From contig SXWY01000069.1 of NCBI GenBank assembly GCA_005789825.1, forward strand, positions 1 to 55,516: a DNA stretch of 55,516 nucleotides, read 5' to 3'. The translations under genes and the position numbers were made by a program. The DNA is from Burkholderiales bacterium (GTDB taxonomy: Bacteria; Pseudomonadota; Gammaproteobacteria; Burkholderiales; Burkholderiaceae_C). Shown piece after piece: positions 1 to 13,511 of this stretch (within the stretch, counting starts at the first letter, position 1; each line of letters starts with the position of its first letter). The notes beneath the pieces were generated by a model. The model was not told the origin of the DNA. It saw nothing but the letters and a program-made list of their open reading frames with translations, and did no database searches.

Positions 1-1
1 G

Positions 2-628
2 ATGGGCATGGGCGAACCCTTGCAAAACTACAACGCCTTGGTACCTGCTTTAAAAACCATGTTGGTCGACCATGCCTATGGACTGTCCCGGCGGCGGGTG
101 ACGGTGTCTACCTCAGGTGTGGTGCCCATGATCGAGCGTTTAAGCCATGACTGTCCCGTGGCGTTGGCCGTGTCTTTGCATGCGCCGGATGACGCCCTCC
201 GTGACCGCTTAGTGCCGCTGAATCTGAAATACCCGCTGGCTGAATTGCTGCAAGCTTGTCGCGATTACTTGGCTTTCGCACCGCGTGACTTCATCACGTT
301 TGAATATTGCATGTTGGATGGCGTGAACGATTCAGACGCCCACGCACAGGCTTTGGTGGCATTGGTTCGACCACCGCTGAGCGAGCCGTTGCCTTGCAAA
401 TTCAATTTGATTCCTTTCAATCCGTTTCCAGCGTCGGGTTTGCTGCGCTCTTCTTCCGAGCGAGTCAAAGCGTTCGCTGCTGTGTTGTCATCGGCTGGCA
501 TCGTCACCACGGTGCGCAAAACCCGTGGCGACGACATTGCAGCAGCCTGCGGTCAGTTGGCAGGCGATGTACAAGACCGTACCGATGTGGCGGGCAGACG
601 CACCAAAACCATTCAGATTCATGCTTGA
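2..628 (+). CDS. rlmN: 23S rRNA/tRNA m2A methyltransferase RlmN (5'-truncated by window edge)
   Basis: MGMGEPL motif, SLHA, C-terminal DIAAACGQL; sits in its usual position upstream of ispG. Confidence 0.95.
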   Translation: MGMGEPLQNYNALVPALKTMLVDHAYGLSRRRVTVSTSGVVPMIERLSHDCPVALAVSLHAPDDALRDRLVPLNLKYPLAELLQACRDYLAFAPRDFITFEYCMLDGVNDSDAHAQALVALVRPPLSEPLPCKFNLIPFNPFPASGLLRSSSERVKAFAAVLSSAGIVTTVRKTRGDDIAAACGQLAGDVQDRTDVAGRRTKTIQIHA

Positions 629-646
629 TTGCGGCAAAATCTAAAC

Positions 647-1900
647 ATGCAACAACCCATCCCTTTTTCCAAACCCCAACGCCACCTTTCATTGCAAGCG
701 CGTGTCAGTTGGGGCGAACAAGTGGTCACCATCGGTGGTGACGCACCTGTGCGGGTGCAATCGATGACGAATACCGATACCGGCGACGCCATCGGAACCG
801 CCATACAGGTCAAAGAATTGGCGCAGGCCGGGTCCGAATTGGTCCGCATCACGGTCGATACCCCCGAATCTGCCAAAGCCGTTCCATACATTCGCGAGCA
901 ATTGGACAAAATGGGTGTGCATGTGCCCTTGGTGGGCGACTTCCATTACAACGGCCACCGCTTGCTCACCGAGTTTCCTGAATGCGCCAAGGCACTTTCC
1001 AAGTACCGCATCAACCCTGGCAATGTGGGCAAGGGTGACAAGCACGACAAACAGTTCGCGCAAATGATTGAAGCCGCTGTTCGCTACGACAAAGCGGTGC
1101 GCATCGGTGTGAACTGGGGCAGCTTAGACCAAGAATTGTTGGCGCGTTTGATGGACATCAATGCTGGGCGAGAACTGCCGTGGGACGCCAAGCAGGTGAT
1201 GTACGAGGCGCTGGTCACCTCAGCATTGGAGTCCGCAGAATTGGCCGAACGCTTAGGGTTGGCGCGGCACCAAATCATTTTGAGTTGCAAGATGAGCGGT
1301 GTGCAAGACTTGATCGCTGTTTACCGCGAATTGGCGCGTTGCACCGACCATCCTTTGCATTTGGGTTTGACCGAAGCCGGCATGGGCACCAAGGGTACCG
1401 CTGCGTCCAGTGTGTCTTTGGGGGTGTTGTTGCAAGAGGGTATTGGTGACACGATACGTGTTTCCTTGACGCCGCAACCCGGCGAAGCGCGGACCCAGGA
1501 AGTGCTGATCGCGACGGAAATTTTGCAAGCCTTGGGGCTGCGTGCGTTTGTGCCCAGTGTCACTGCATGCCCCGGGTGCGGTCGCACCACCAGCACCACT
1601 TTTCAAGAACTGGCCATGCAGATTGACGATTACCTGCGTTACCAAATGCCGGTGTGGCGCAAACAATACCCCGGTGTGGAGAACCTCAAAGTGGCTGTCA
1701 TGGGGTGTATCGTCAATGGCCCTGGCGAAAGCAAGCATGCAGACATCGGCATCAGCTTGCCTGGCACAGGCGAAGCACCGGCAGCGCCAGTGTTTATCGA
1801 TGGCGAAAAGGCGCTTACCTTGCGCGGCGACAATATCGCCAAAGAATTCCACGACATTGTCGAAAACTACGTTCAAAAGAAATATGCGGTACAGGCCTGA
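647..1900 (+). CDS. ispG: (E)-4-hydroxy-3-methylbut-2-enyl-diphosphate synthase IspG
   Basis: [22 protein letters not shown] and [10 protein letters not shown] motifs. ATG at 647 chosen over TTG at 629. Confidence 0.96.
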   Translation: MQQPIPFSKPQRHLSLQARVSWGEQVVTIGGDAPVRVQSMTNTDTGDAIGTAIQVKELAQAGSELVRITVDTPESAKAVPYIREQLDKMGVHVPLVGDFHYNGHRLLTEFPECAKALSKYRINPGNVGKGDKHDKQFAQMIEAAVRYDKAVRIGVNWGSLDQELLARLMDINAGRELPWDAKQVMYEALVTSALESAELAERLGLARHQIILSCKMSGVQDLIAVYRELARCTDHPLHLGLTEAGMGTKGTAASSVSLGVLLQEGIGDTIRVSLTPQPGEARTQEVLIATEILQALGLRAFVPSVTACPGCGRTTSTTFQELAMQIDDYLRYQMPVWRKQYPGVENLKVAVMGCIVNGPGESKHADIGISLPGTGEAPAAPVFIDGEKALTLRGDNIAKEFHDIVENYVQKKYAVQA

Positions 1901-1922
1901 GTGCTGATCGCCACACATCACC

Positions 1923-3224
1923 ATGGTTGAAAAATTAACGGCCGTCAAAGGCATGAACGACATATTGCCGCCCGAGTCCGCACGCTGGGAAGCTTTGGAA
2001 ACCGCAGTGCGCGATGTCATGCGTTTGCATGCCTATCGCAATATACGCACACCTATCGTCGAACCCACCGCCTTGTTTGTGCGGGGCTTGGGCGAGGTGA
2101 CCGATATCGTTGAAAAAGAAATGTATTCGTTCGAAGACCGTTTGAACGGTGAACAATTGACCTTGCGCCCCGAGTCCACCGCCGGTGTGGTGCGTGCTGT
2201 GGTTGAGCACAATTTGTTGTACGAAGGGGGAAAGCGGCTTTATTACATGGGGCCGATGTTCCGACACGAGCGCCCCCAGCGCGGGCGCTATCGCCAGTTT
2301 CACCAAATTGGCGCAGAAGCGCTGGGCTTTGGCGGCCCGGAGGTGGATGCCGAGTTGATATTGCTGGCGGTGGCTTTGTGGAAGGCCATCGGCTTGCAAG
2401 ATGTTCGACTTGAGCTCAACAGCCTGGGTCAACCCCCTGAACGTCTCCAGCACCGAGCTGCGTTGATTGCTTATTTTGAGCAGCATGCAGACCAACTCGA
2501 TGAAGACGCCAAACGGCGGTTGCACAGCAATCCGCTGCGCATTTTGGACAGCAAGAACCCGGCGATGAAGGAGCTGAACGATGCAGCGCCCAAGCTCCTT
2601 GATTTTCTGGGTGAAGAAAGTTTGGCGCATTTCAATGCTGTTAAGGCTATTTTGGATGTCAATGGCGTAAATTACCGCATCAATCCGCGTTTGGTTCGCG
2701 GCATGGACTACTACAACCTGACGGTCTTCGAGTTCATCACCGAGCGGCTTGGCTCACAAGGCACGGTGTGCGGCGGTGGTCGCTACGACTATTTGATTGG
2801 CGAAATCGGCGGCAAACACGCGCCTGCGGTCGGCTGGGCGTTGGGCGTCGAGCGCGTGCTGGAGTTGCTCAAAGAGCAGGGCAGTCCATCGCCTGACGTA
2901 GCAGCAGATGCTTATGCCATCGTGCCGGAGGCATCTTCGCTGCCGCGGGTCATGCCGGTTCTGCAAACCTTACGCAGCATGGGCGTTTCGGTACAAATGC
3001 ATGCACCCACCGGCGCTGCAGACGGCATGGGCAGCATGAAGTCGCAATTTAAAAAGGCCGATGCCAGTGGTGCCCGCTATGCCTTGGTGTTTGGCCCTGA
3101 CGAACTGGCCTCAGGGCAAGTCACCGTCAAGGCTTTGCGCGATGGGCAAGGCGCACAAAGGACAGAAGCGCTCGGTCATGTGGCCGAATGGGGCCACAGC
3201 CTACAATCAACTCTTTTACCCTAG
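1923..3224 (+). CDS. hisS: Histidine--tRNA ligase
   Basis: [29 protein letters not shown] and GGGRYD motifs. Confidence 0.97.
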   Translation: MVEKLTAVKGMNDILPPESARWEALETAVRDVMRLHAYRNIRTPIVEPTALFVRGLGEVTDIVEKEMYSFEDRLNGEQLTLRPESTAGVVRAVVEHNLLYEGGKRLYYMGPMFRHERPQRGRYRQFHQIGAEALGFGGPEVDAELILLAVALWKAIGLQDVRLELNSLGQPPERLQHRAALIAYFEQHADQLDEDAKRRLHSNPLRILDSKNPAMKELNDAAPKLLDFLGEESLAHFNAVKAILDVNGVNYRINPRLVRGMDYYNLTVFEFITERLGSQGTVCGGGRYDYLIGEIGGKHAPAVGWALGVERVLELLKEQGSPSPDVAADAYAIVPEASSLPRVMPVLQTLRSMGVSVQMHAPTGAADGMGSMKSQFKKADASGARYALVFGPDELASGQVTVKALRDGQGAQRTEALGHVAEWGHSLQSTLLP

Positions 3225-3238
3225 ATATTTGGAACCGC

Positions 3239-3901
3239 ATGGCTACCCATCTTGACCTCGAAGAACAAGAACAACTCGACCAGTTCAAACATTTTTGGAG
3301 CCGCTGGGGCAACCTGATCACCGGGTTGATCACCGTCGTGTTGGTGATTTACGCCAGCTGGAACGGTTGGAATTACTGGCAACAACGCCAGGCCGCACAA
3401 GCCGCGGTCTTGTATGACACCTTTGAAAAATCTGTTCGCGGCAAAGACGATGCACTCATGGCGCGTTCTTTGTCGGATTTGCAAGACCAGTTCGCTCGCA
3501 CCACGGCTGCCCAACAAGCTTCATTGTTGGCGGCTCGCATCCATGTCGACAGGGCGAATTTGGGTGAAGCCGAAAAAGCCTTGCGTTGGGTGATCGAGTT
3601 AAACAAGGACCCTGGTTTCGTGGCGCTTGCGCGTTTGCGTTTATCGGCTTTGGAAATCGAACGCAAAAACTTGCCCAAAGCCCAAGAATGGGTGCAAGGC
3701 CAAAAACCTCCTGCCGGTTTTCAGGCGTTGTTTGATGACCGCTTGGGCGATATCGCCATGTTGCAAATGAAAAATGAAGAGGCCAAAAACCACTTTTTGG
3801 CAGCCTGGAAAGGCATGGAAGAAACAAACGAATACCGCCGTTTGATTGAAGTCAAATTGGCGTCTTTGGGTGTCAACCCCAACCCCGCTCCAAAGCCATG
3901 A
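3239..3901 (+). CDS. yfgM: YfgM family TPR membrane protein (ancillary SecYEG factor)
   Basis: Begins MATHLDLEEQEQLDQFKHFW, then one TM helix and TPR-like helices; lies between hisS and bamB. ATG at 3239. Confidence 0.88.
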   Translation: MATHLDLEEQEQLDQFKHFWSRWGNLITGLITVVLVIYASWNGWNYWQQRQAAQAAVLYDTFEKSVRGKDDALMARSLSDLQDQFARTTAAQQASLLAARIHVDRANLGEAEKALRWVIELNKDPGFVALARLRLSALEIERKNLPKAQEWVQGQKPPAGFQALFDDRLGDIAMLQMKNEEAKNHFLAAWKGMEETNEYRRLIEVKLASLGVNPNPAPKP

Positions 3902-5034
3902 TCCTGTTGAACTTCTCTGGATGGCGTCTCGCCTTGGGTGCCTTGGCTTGCATGATGTTGGCGGCTTGCGGTTCGCCCCCCAAACCCACACCTGCCGCCA
4001 TCGGCAATTTCAAAGTCCTGCAACCCCTGACCCCAAGTTGGGTTTTCAAATTTTCTGCGGTCAATCAACTGAACCAAAGCCTGGCCGTCGTCAATGACAA
4101 AGTGGCTATTGCAGCTGCTGATGGCGCTGTGGCTGTGGTTCACACCGACAATGGCAAGTTGGTTTGGAAGCATGACATTGGCACCCGTTTGTTGTCCGGC
4201 GCGGGCTTTAACGGTGAGCAGCTGGCGGTGGTTACCGTGTCCAACGAATTGGTGGTGCTCAACGAAGGCAAGGAAATCTGGCGCAAGCGTCTGCGGGCGC
4301 AGTCTTACACCAATCCTTTGGTGGCTGGCGGGCGTGTCTTTGTGTTGTTGGCGGACCGATCTGTCGCGGCTTTTGATGCGTTGACAGGACAGTTTTTGTG
4401 GACCCAACAGCGGCCCGGGGAGCCTTTGGTATTGAAGCAAAACGGCGTGTTGTTGCCTTTTCAAAATACTTTGATCGCTGGCCTCGGTGGAAGGCTGGTT
4501 GCCATGAACCCTGACAACGGTCAAATCATTTGGGACGTGGCCATGGCCAATCCCCGTGGCGTCAACGATTTAGAGCGTTTGGTAGATTTGGTTGCCACCG
4601 CCTCGCGTGTCAACAACACCGTGTGTGTGCGGGCTTTCCAAGCGCAAGTAGGTTGTGTCGATGTGACCCGAGGCGCGCTATTGTGGAACAGGGCTTCCGT
4701 GGGGGTGCAAGGCGTTGATGGCGATGCCAAGTTGCTCGTGGGTTCTGAATCCAATGGTGTTGTGCGCGCCTGGTCACGCGCAGCAGGCGAACGTGCCTGG
4801 GACACGGACCGCTTGAAGTACCGAGAATTGACCTCGCCGCTGGTAACCGCCAAAGGCGTGGTACTCGGTGACGAAGGAGGATGGTTGTATGTCCTGTCTG
4901 CCAGCGATGGCAGTTTGCTCAACCGCATACAGACCAGCTCCTCGGGGTTTGCCTCTGCTCCCACGCCATTGGCCCAGGGAGGCTTTGTGGTTTTGACACG
5001 CAACGGTCAACTGCTGGCTTATCAACTGCCCTGA
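3898..5034 (+). CDS. bamB: Outer membrane protein assembly factor BamB (lipoprotein, PQQ-like beta-propeller)
   Basis: Lipobox LAAC, repeated G-x-x-x-W propeller motifs, ERLVD; conserved yfgM-bamB-der order. Confidence 0.93.
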   Translation: MILLNFSGWRLALGALACMMLAACGSPPKPTPAAIGNFKVLQPLTPSWVFKFSAVNQLNQSLAVVNDKVAIAAADGAVAVVHTDNGKLVWKHDIGTRLLSGAGFNGEQLAVVTVSNELVVLNEGKEIWRKRLRAQSYTNPLVAGGRVFVLLADRSVAAFDALTGQFLWTQQRPGEPLVLKQNGVLLPFQNTLIAGLGGRLVAMNPDNGQIIWDVAMANPRGVNDLERLVDLVATASRVNNTVCVRAFQAQVGCVDVTRGALLWNRASVGVQGVDGDAKLLVGSESNGVVRAWSRAAGERAWDTDRLKYRELTSPLVTAKGVVLGDEGGWLYVLSASDGSLLNRIQTSSSGFASAPTPLAQGGFVVLTRNGQLLAYQLP

Positions 5035-5050
5035 GCGCTGGGGTGATGCT

Positions 5051-6394
5051 GTGAAACCCGTATTGGCCATCGTTGGCCGCCCCAATGTTGGTAAATCAAC
5101 GCTGTTCAACCGCATCACCAAAACCCGCGATGCCATCGTCGCCGACTATGCAGGTTTGACCCGCGATCGCCACTATGGCAGTGCGAAACACGGCAAGCAC
5201 GAATTCATCGTGATTGACACGGGTGGCTTTGAGCCCACCGCTGACAGCGGTATCTACAAAGAAATGGCCAAGCAAACACGCCAGGCCGTGGCCGAATCCG
5301 ATGCGGTCATTTTTGTGGTCGATGCCCGAGAGGGTTTGTCGGCGCAAGACCATGACATTGGCAACTACCTCAGACGCTTGGGCAAACCATGTTTGCTGGT
5401 GGCCAACAAAGCCGAAGGCATGCAAAACGGCGTCAAGTTGGGTGAGTTCTTTGAATTGGGTTTGGGCGAGGTCATGCCGGTGTCGGCGTCGCACGGTCAG
5501 GGTATTCGCAGCATGATCGAGGCCGCGCTTGAGCCTTTGCATTTGCCCGAGGACGATGACGAAGATGCCGAAGACGACGGCAGCCCTAAGCCTTTGAAAT
5601 TGGCGGTGGTCGGGCGACCCAATGTGGGCAAATCCACTTTGATCAACACCTGGCTCGGTGAAGAGCGCTTGGTAGCCTTTGACCTGCCGGGCACCACACG
5701 CGATGCGATCAGCGTGCCTTTTGAGCGCAACGGGCAAGCGTTTGAATTGATCGATACGGCCGGATTACGTCGCCGGGGCAAAGTATTTGAGGCGATTGAA
5801 AAATTCTCGGTGGTCAAAACCTTGCAGGCCATTGAATCCGCCAATGTAGCCTTGCTGTTGCTTGATGCGACGCAAGGCGTGACCGATCAAGACGCCCATA
5901 TCGCAGGGTTCATATTGGAAACTGGCCGTGCCGTGGTGCTTGCAGTGAATAAATGGGACGCGGTGGATGCCTACCAACGCGAATTGGTTGCTCGGTCTAT
6001 CGAAAACCGCTTGGCTTTTTTGAAGTTTGCCAAGCTGCACCATATTTCTGCCACCAAGCGACAAGGCCTCGGCCCGGTGTGGTTATCCATTGCGCAGGCG
6101 CACCAATCGGCCATGTGCAAAATGTCCACGCCTGTGCTGACGCGTTTGCTGTTGGAAGCGGTGCAATTTCAAGCCCCAAAGCGCGCAGGCATGTTCCGAC
6201 CCAAGCTGCGTTATGCGCACCAAGGAGGCATGAATCCACCGGTGATTGTGGTGCACGGCAATTCTTTGGAGCATGTCACCGATTCGTACAAACGTTTTCT
6301 CGAAGGGCGGTTTCGCAAGGCCTTTTCCCTCGAAGGTACACCTTTGCGGATTGAAATGAAAACCTCGCACAACCCTTATACCGACAAAGATTGA
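5051..6394 (+). CDS. der: Ribosome biogenesis GTPase Der (EngA)
   Basis: Two GRPNVGKS P-loops, DTGG/DTAG, NKAE/NKWD, and an acidic linker. Confidence 0.97.
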   Translation: MKPVLAIVGRPNVGKSTLFNRITKTRDAIVADYAGLTRDRHYGSAKHGKHEFIVIDTGGFEPTADSGIYKEMAKQTRQAVAESDAVIFVVDAREGLSAQDHDIGNYLRRLGKPCLLVANKAEGMQNGVKLGEFFELGLGEVMPVSASHGQGIRSMIEAALEPLHLPEDDDEDAEDDGSPKPLKLAVVGRPNVGKSTLINTWLGEERLVAFDLPGTTRDAISVPFERNGQAFELIDTAGLRRRGKVFEAIEKFSVVKTLQAIESANVALLLLDATQGVTDQDAHIAGFILETGRAVVLAVNKWDAVDAYQRELVARSIENRLAFLKFAKLHHISATKRQGLGPVWLSIAQAHQSAMCKMSTPVLTRLLLEAVQFQAPKRAGMFRPKLRYAHQGGMNPPVIVVHGNSLEHVTDSYKRFLEGRFRKAFSLEGTPLRIEMKTSHNPYTDKD

Positions 6395-6470
6395 AGTTCA
6401 ACCTGAGCCTGAGAGAGGCTATTTCAGCTGTGGTATGTTATGAACTTCCTCATCAAACACGGAGAATATC

Positions 6471-6716
6471 GTGAATCAAAAAGGGCAACTTTTACAAGAC
6501 CCGTTTCTCAACATTTTGCGCAAAGAACATGTGCCCGTGTCCATTTATTTGGTCAACGGCATCAAGTTGCAAGGCCAAATCGAGTCTTTTGACCAATACG
6601 TGGTTTTGTTGCGCAACACGGTGACGCAAATGGTTTACAAGCACGCCATCTCCACCATCGTTCCCGGCAGGCCGGTCAATTTTGCGCAATCCGAAGACGG
6701 CGAATCTTCCGACTGA
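6471..6716 (+). CDS. hfq: RNA chaperone Hfq
   Basis: [18 protein letters not shown] and YKHAISTI motifs; GGAGA ribosome-binding site before the GTG start. Confidence 0.98.
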   Translation: MNQKGQLLQDPFLNILRKEHVPVSIYLVNGIKLQGQIESFDQYVVLLRNTVTQMVYKHAISTIVPGRPVNFAQSEDGESSD

Positions 6717-6745
6717 AAAACAGCACTTATCGGCCCAGTAACCTC

Positions 6746-7912
6746 TTGATTTCCAACGATTTGTCAACTTCCCCCACAGCCCTGTTGGTGGGTGTGGATT
6801 TAGGTGCGCCGCATTTCGATGAAGAATTGAATGAATTGGCGCAACTGTCCCTCACAGCAGGGTTGTCGCCGGTATATCGGTTGACGTGTCACCGCAAAGC
6901 GCCAGATGCCGCCATGTTTGTCGGCTCGGGAAAAGCCGATGAAATCAAAGAACTGGCTTTGTTGCATGGCGCAACTGAAGTGCTGTTTGACCAGTCTTTG
7001 TCTCCTGCACAGCAACGCAATCTTGAGCGCCATTTGGGTATGCCAGTCAATGACCGGACCATGCTGATTTTGCAAATCTTCGCGCAGCGCGCCCGCAGTC
7101 ACGAGGGAAAATTGCAAGTCGAATTGGCCAGACTGCAATACCTCAGCACCCGATTGGTCAGGCGTTGGTCCCACCTAGAGCGCCAACGCGGCGGTATCGG
7201 TAACCGCGGTGGCCCGGGCGAAACCCAAATTGAGCTCGACAGGCGAATGATCGGTGAATCCATCAAACGCACCAAAGAGCGGTTGACCAAAGTCAAACGC
7301 CAGCGCAATACCCAACGCAAACAACGCCAGCGCAACCAGGTGTTCAATGTGTCCTTGGTGGGTTACACCAACGCAGGAAAATCCACGTTGTTCAATGCAT
7401 TGGTCAAAGCACGCGCTTATGCGGCTGACCAACTATTCGCCACCCTAGACACCACCACCCGCCAGTTGTATTTGCCGCACGACGGCGGCGGCGGATCGCA
7501 TTTGTCCGTCTCAGATACGGTGGGTTTCATCCGCGATTTGCCACACGGTTTGGTCGACGCTTTTGAAGCCACCTTACAAGAAGCCACATCTGCCGATTTG
7601 TTGTTGCACGTAGTAGATGCTTCTCACCCAGGCTATCCAGAGCAAATCGAACAAGTCATGTCGGTGTTGCAAGACATTGGTGCACAAGACGTGCCGCAAT
7701 GGTTGATCTTCAACAAAACAGACGCCTTAGCGCCTGAAAACCAACCTTTGATGTTGCAGGATGTGTATGTGCATGATGGCATTGCCTATCCGAGGTTGTT
7801 TGTGAGCGCCGCCAAAGGATTCAATCTTGATGGTTTGCGCCAACGTTTGCTGCAACAGGCCCAAAGCCATGCAGATTTCCTTTTAACCCTTCAACCGGCG
7901 CATGTAAGCTGA
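6746..7912 (+). CDS. hflX: Ribosome rescue GTPase HflX
   Basis: GPGETQIELDRR, GYTNAGKS, FATLD and DTVGFI motifs; follows hfq. Confidence 0.96.
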   Translation: MISNDLSTSPTALLVGVDLGAPHFDEELNELAQLSLTAGLSPVYRLTCHRKAPDAAMFVGSGKADEIKELALLHGATEVLFDQSLSPAQQRNLERHLGMPVNDRTMLILQIFAQRARSHEGKLQVELARLQYLSTRLVRRWSHLERQRGGIGNRGGPGETQIELDRRMIGESIKRTKERLTKVKRQRNTQRKQRQRNQVFNVSLVGYTNAGKSTLFNALVKARAYAADQLFATLDTTTRQLYLPHDGGGGSHLSVSDTVGFIRDLPHGLVDAFEATLQEATSADLLLHVVDASHPGYPEQIEQVMSVLQDIGAQDVPQWLIFNKTDALAPENQPLMLQDVYVHDGIAYPRLFVSAAKGFNLDGLRQRLLQQAQSHADFLLTLQPAHVS

Positions 7913-7948
7913 CGCCTATCCGAGTGTGGCCACACTTTAGGCACAATC

Positions 7949-9391
7949 ATGGCTTGCAGCATTTTTGACAGATCGCAAATGAACAATAAATTTTTGGCTT
8001 GGCCCACGACCCAGTGGTTGCACCATTTGCAGTGGTTCGCCCAGTGGATCCGTCTGTTTTTCTTGGCGCTTTGGCGCAAATGTCTCGGCGTTTTTAACCT
8101 GAACGATGGTCGTTGGGGCCGAGGCGAAGGACAACCGCAAAATATTTCGAATGGTTCAGAACCCGGTCAGAACCCGCCCCCCGAGGGCAACCGCAGGCCG
8201 CCGAGCGGCAACGGACCTCCCGATTTGGACGAACTCTGGCGCGATTTGAACCGCAAATTGGGCCAGTTGTTTGGTGGCAAACGCGGTCCCGGTTCGCCGC
8301 CTCCCGGATCTGGCGGTGGTTTTCCCGAGCCCTTCAAAAATGCTGGCTTAGGACTCGGTCTGGTCTTGGGGGTGTTCTTTCTTATTTGGCTGGCCTCCGG
8401 CTTTTTTATCGTGCAAGAGGGTCAGCAAGCGGTCATCACCCAGTTCGGGCGTTACCACAGCACCGCAGGTGCCGGTATCAATTGGCGCATGCCCTACCCC
8501 ATCCAGCGCCACGAAGTGGTGTTTGTCACGCAAATCCGATCTTTGGATGTGGGACGTGATTCCATCATCAAGGCAACTGGCCTGCGTGAATCGGCCATGC
8601 TGACCGAGGATGAAAACATTGTTGAAATCAAATTTGCAGTGCAATACCGGTTGACCGATGCCCGCGCTTATTTGTTTGAAAGCAAAAATCCCACCGACGC
8701 TGTGATGCAGGCTGCAGAGACCGCAGTGCGTGAAGTAGTTGGGAAAATGCGCATGGATGCAGCGTTGTCTGAGGACCGTGAGCAAATCGCCCCCCGCGTT
8801 CGCAAAATCATGCAAACCATTTTGGACCGCTACAACGTCGGTATTGAAGTGGTAGGTATCAATTTGCAGCAGGGCGGTGTGCGACCACCCGAACAAGTGC
8901 AAGCCGCTTTTGACGATGTGCTCAAGGCGGGCCAAGAACGCGAGCGCGCTAAAAACGAAGCCGAGGCATATGCCAATGACGTGATCCCTCGCGCAGTCGG
9001 TTCAGCGTCGCGGTTGAAACAAGAAGCTGATGCCTACAAATCCCGTATCGTCGCTCAGGCTCAGGGTGATGCGCAACGTTTCCGTTCGCTCTACAGCGAA
9101 TACCAAAAAGCGCCCCAAGTCACGCGTGACCGCTTGTACATCAATGCCATGAAAGAGATGTACAGCAACGTCACCAAGGTGCTGGTGGAGTCACGCCAAG
9201 GTTCGAACATGTTGTATTTGCCGCTGGACAAAATCATGCAATTGAACGGTGTGAACAGTGCTGAATCCATGGCCCCAGCCGCATCCACCATGAACGACTC
9301 ATCCGCCAATGGCTCTGTGCCATCTCCGGCCACCATTGAAAGCACCAGCCGCAACCGTGACAGTCGGCTGCGTGACCGTGATACCCGTTAA
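7949..9391 (+). CDS. hflK: FtsH protease modulator HflK (start uncertain: 7949 or 7979)
   Basis: HflK_N region (FNLNDGRWG...GPPDLDELWR), a TM helix and an SPFH domain (MLTEDENIV). Confidence 0.94.
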   Translation: MACSIFDRSQMNNKFLAWPTTQWLHHLQWFAQWIRLFFLALWRKCLGVFNLNDGRWGRGEGQPQNISNGSEPGQNPPPEGNRRPPSGNGPPDLDELWRDLNRKLGQLFGGKRGPGSPPPGSGGGFPEPFKNAGLGLGLVLGVFFLIWLASGFFIVQEGQQAVITQFGRYHSTAGAGINWRMPYPIQRHEVVFVTQIRSLDVGRDSIIKATGLRESAMLTEDENIVEIKFAVQYRLTDARAYLFESKNPTDAVMQAAETAVREVVGKMRMDAALSEDREQIAPRVRKIMQTILDRYNVGIEVVGINLQQGGVRPPEQVQAAFDDVLKAGQERERAKNEAEAYANDVIPRAVGSASRLKQEADAYKSRIVAQAQGDAQRFRSLYSEYQKAPQVTRDRLYINAMKEMYSNVTKVLVESRQGSNMLYLPLDKIMQLNGVNSAESMAPAASTMNDSSANGSVPSPATIESTSRNRDSRLRDRDTR

Positions 9392-9403
9392 GGCGTGACT
9401 GAC

Positions 9404-10300
9404 ATGAACAAAATTGGTTTTTATATCTCAACACTTTTATTGGCATTGCTGATTTTTAGTTCAACTGTTTTTGTGGTGGACCAGCGCCAGTACGGGGTGG
9501 TCTATTCATTAGGACAGATTAAAAAGGTGATCACCGAGCCGGGACTGAACTTTAAATTGCCACCACCCTTTCAAAACGTGAATTTCATCGACAAGCGTTT
9601 GCTGACTTTGGACAACGTTGACTCCGAACCCATGTTGACTGCTGAAAAGCAGCGCATGGTGATCGACTGGTATGTGCGCTGGCGTATTTCGGACCCATCC
9701 CAATACATCCGTAATGTGGGCTTGGACGAAAAGGCTGGGGCGCAACAACTGACCCGTGTTGTACGCAACGCTTTTCAAGAAGAAATCAACAAACGAACCG
9801 TCAAAGACTTGCTGTCTCTCAAGCGCGAAGAGTTGATGGTCGATGTCAAACGCGAGGTGATTGAAATCGTCAAAGGTTCCAACCCTTGGGGCATAGATGT
9901 GGTTGATGTGCGCATCACCCGCGCCGATTATGTAGACACCATTACCGAATCTGTGTACCGACGCATGGAAGCCGAGCGTAAGCGGGTTGCCAATGAACTT
10001 CGTTCTACCGGCGCGGCTGAAGGTGAAAAAATCCGAGCCGATGCGGACCGCCAACGCGAAGTGACCTTGGCCAATGCTTACCGCGATGCCCAAAAAATCA
10101 AGGGTGAAGGCGATGCAGAAGCTGCACGTTTATACGCCGATGCCTTTGGCAAAGATGCCCAATTCGCGCAGTTCTACCAAAGCATTGAAGCTTACAAATC
10201 CAGCTTCAATAAAAAATCAGATGTGATGGTGCTTGACCCGAACAGCGAATTCTTCAAAGCCATGCGGGGCAGTGGTTCAGGCGGGGCGGCGAAGAAATAA
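9404..10300 (+). CDS. hflC: FtsH protease modulator HflC
   Basis: TM helix plus SPFH domain, VYRRMEAERKRVA; follows hflK. Confidence 0.95.
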   Translation: MNKIGFYISTLLLALLIFSSTVFVVDQRQYGVVYSLGQIKKVITEPGLNFKLPPPFQNVNFIDKRLLTLDNVDSEPMLTAEKQRMVIDWYVRWRISDPSQYIRNVGLDEKAGAQQLTRVVRNAFQEEINKRTVKDLLSLKREELMVDVKREVIEIVKGSNPWGIDVVDVRITRADYVDTITESVYRRMEAERKRVANELRSTGAAEGEKIRADADRQREVTLANAYRDAQKIKGEGDAEAARLYADAFGKDAQFAQFYQSIEAYKSSFNKKSDVMVLDPNSEFFKAMRGSGSGGAAKK

Positions 10301-10424
10301 TTTCTCCACCAAGGCTGTTTTCTTTGTGTGGCCAACGGTTCTCGCGCTGACACGCATCGTCCTACCCGCTGCCTGAAGCGGTTTGCAGATCGGTAGAATC
10401 GCGTTTTTAACAGCATTGCACACT

Positions 10425-11579
10425 ATGGCTGCTTGGGTTTTGCCGGATCACATCGCTGACGTATTGCCCTCAGAGGCTCGGCACATTGAAGAACTGAGGC
10501 GCCTGTGTTTGGACACCGCGCGTGGCTTCGGTTATGAATTGGTCATGCCGCCATTGATCGAACACACTGAGTCTTTGTTGCCTGCCAGTAACAACGCTCA
10601 GGATTTGCAAACCTTCAAAATGGTCGACCAACTCTCTGGCCGAACCTTGGGTTTGCGGATTGACACCACGCCTCAAACCGCTCGCATTGATGCCCATTTG
10701 CTCAACCGCCAAGGCGTCACCCGTCTTTGCTATTGCGGCCCAGTGGTCCATACCCTGCCTGCAAGTCCGTATGCCACCCGAGAACCGTTGCAGTTTGGCG
10801 CCGAAATTTATGGCCACGATGGTTTGGAAGCCGATTTGGAGATTTTGCAATTGGCCACCCAAAGTTTGCGTGCCAGTCAACTCAGCAATTTTCATGTGGA
10901 TCTCAGCCATGCACGCATCTTGCCCGCCTTGCTCGAGGGACACGCCCTGACCGAAGCGCAGCGCCAGTCTGTCACCACGGCATTGACCCACAAAAACCTG
11001 AGTGCCATGCGCGAACTGGGCAAGGAATTGCCCAGCCATTTGGCCAAGGCTTTGTTGGCTCTGGTGCAAATGTATGGGGGTCTTGAGGTGCTTGCGCAGG
11101 CCAAGCTTGAATTCGCGGCATGGCCGCAGGTCCTTAACGCCTTGGACGAGTTGGCTTGGCTGGCTGCGCACGCCGACCCAGCGGTCAGCATCGATTTGGC
11201 CGATTTGCGCGGATTTGCGTACTACAGTGGACCCAGGTTCTCCATGTTTGTGCCTGAAACCAGCGATGCTTTGGTGCGAGGCGGCAGGTACGATGAAATC
11301 GGTGCGGTGTTTGGTCGCAAACGCTCTGCCGTGGGTTTCAGTTTGGACATCAAAGTTTTGGTCGGTTTGTTGCCCCATCCCCAACCCCAAGCGGCGATTC
11401 GCGCGCCGTGGAGCGAAGACCCGGCGTTGACGCTGGCGATCACCCAACTGCGCGCTCAAGGCCACACCGTGGTGTGCCTGTTGCCCGGCCATGAAAGCGA
11501 AGTGGACGAATTCCATTGCGACCGTGAATTGACCCAACACCAAGGGGCGTGGACCGTACGCCCTTTGCACACCAACTGA
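10425..11579 (+). CDS. hisZ: ATP phosphoribosyltransferase regulatory subunit HisZ
   Basis: HisRS-like paralog ([19 protein letters not shown]) directly upstream of purA. ATG at 10425. Confidence 0.92.
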   Translation: MAAWVLPDHIADVLPSEARHIEELRRLCLDTARGFGYELVMPPLIEHTESLLPASNNAQDLQTFKMVDQLSGRTLGLRIDTTPQTARIDAHLLNRQGVTRLCYCGPVVHTLPASPYATREPLQFGAEIYGHDGLEADLEILQLATQSLRASQLSNFHVDLSHARILPALLEGHALTEAQRQSVTTALTHKNLSAMRELGKELPSHLAKALLALVQMYGGLEVLAQAKLEFAAWPQVLNALDELAWLAAHADPAVSIDLADLRGFAYYSGPRFSMFVPETSDALVRGGRYDEIGAVFGRKRSAVGFSLDIKVLVGLLPHPQPQAAIRAPWSEDPALTLAITQLRAQGHTVVCLLPGHESEVDEFHCDRELTQHQGAWTVRPLHTN

Positions 11580-12968
<1,389 letters not shown>

Positions 12969-12983
12969 AATGCGAGCCCTGCC

Positions 12984-13508
12984 ATGCTGACTGAAGACGG
13001 TAAACACCTGTATGTGTCCTATGATGAATACCACAATCTGATTGAAAAACTGGCGATCAAAATCCACCAGTCGGCGTGGGAATTCGACACCATCTTGTGT
13101 TTGGCCAGAGGCGGCATGCGTCCCGGCGACGTGTTGTCCCGCATTTTTGACAAGCCGCTGGCCATCATGTCCACCAGTTCTTACCGTTCGGAAGGCGGCA
13201 CCGTGCAAGGCCATTTGGACATCGCGCGCTACATCACCACCCCCAAGGGCGAAATTGCAGGACGGGTGTTGCTGGTCGACGATTTGGCCGATTCAGGTCA
13301 TACCTTGAACGCCGTCATCGATTTATTGAAAAACAATTATTCGCCAATCACCGAATTGCGCAGTGCGGTCATTTGGACCAAAGGTGTCTCCAGTTTTGTG
13401 CCCGATTTTTCGGTGGAGTTTTTGCCCACCAATCCGTGGATTCACCAACCCTTTGAAGCCTATGACACCATGCGTCCGGTGCATTTGCTGGAGAAATGGC
13501 GGGTTTGA
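12984..13508 (+). CDS. Type I phosphoribosyltransferase (purine salvage-like)
   Basis: LARGG and the PRPP-binding loop VLLVDDLADSGHT; follows purA. Confidence 0.85.
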   Translation: MLTEDGKHLYVSYDEYHNLIEKLAIKIHQSAWEFDTILCLARGGMRPGDVLSRIFDKPLAIMSTSSYRSEGGTVQGHLDIARYITTPKGEIAGRVLLVDDLADSGHTLNAVIDLLKNNYSPITELRSAVIWTKGVSSFVPDFSVEFLPTNPWIHQPFEAYDTMRPVHLLEKWRV

Positions 13509-13511
13509 CGC

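Noticed and set aside
10301-10424. DUF2065 gene or remnant between hflC and hisZ
   Set aside because: Only 124 bp and no matching ORF; contains a TAGAAT -10-like box, so it is treated as the hisZ promoter region.
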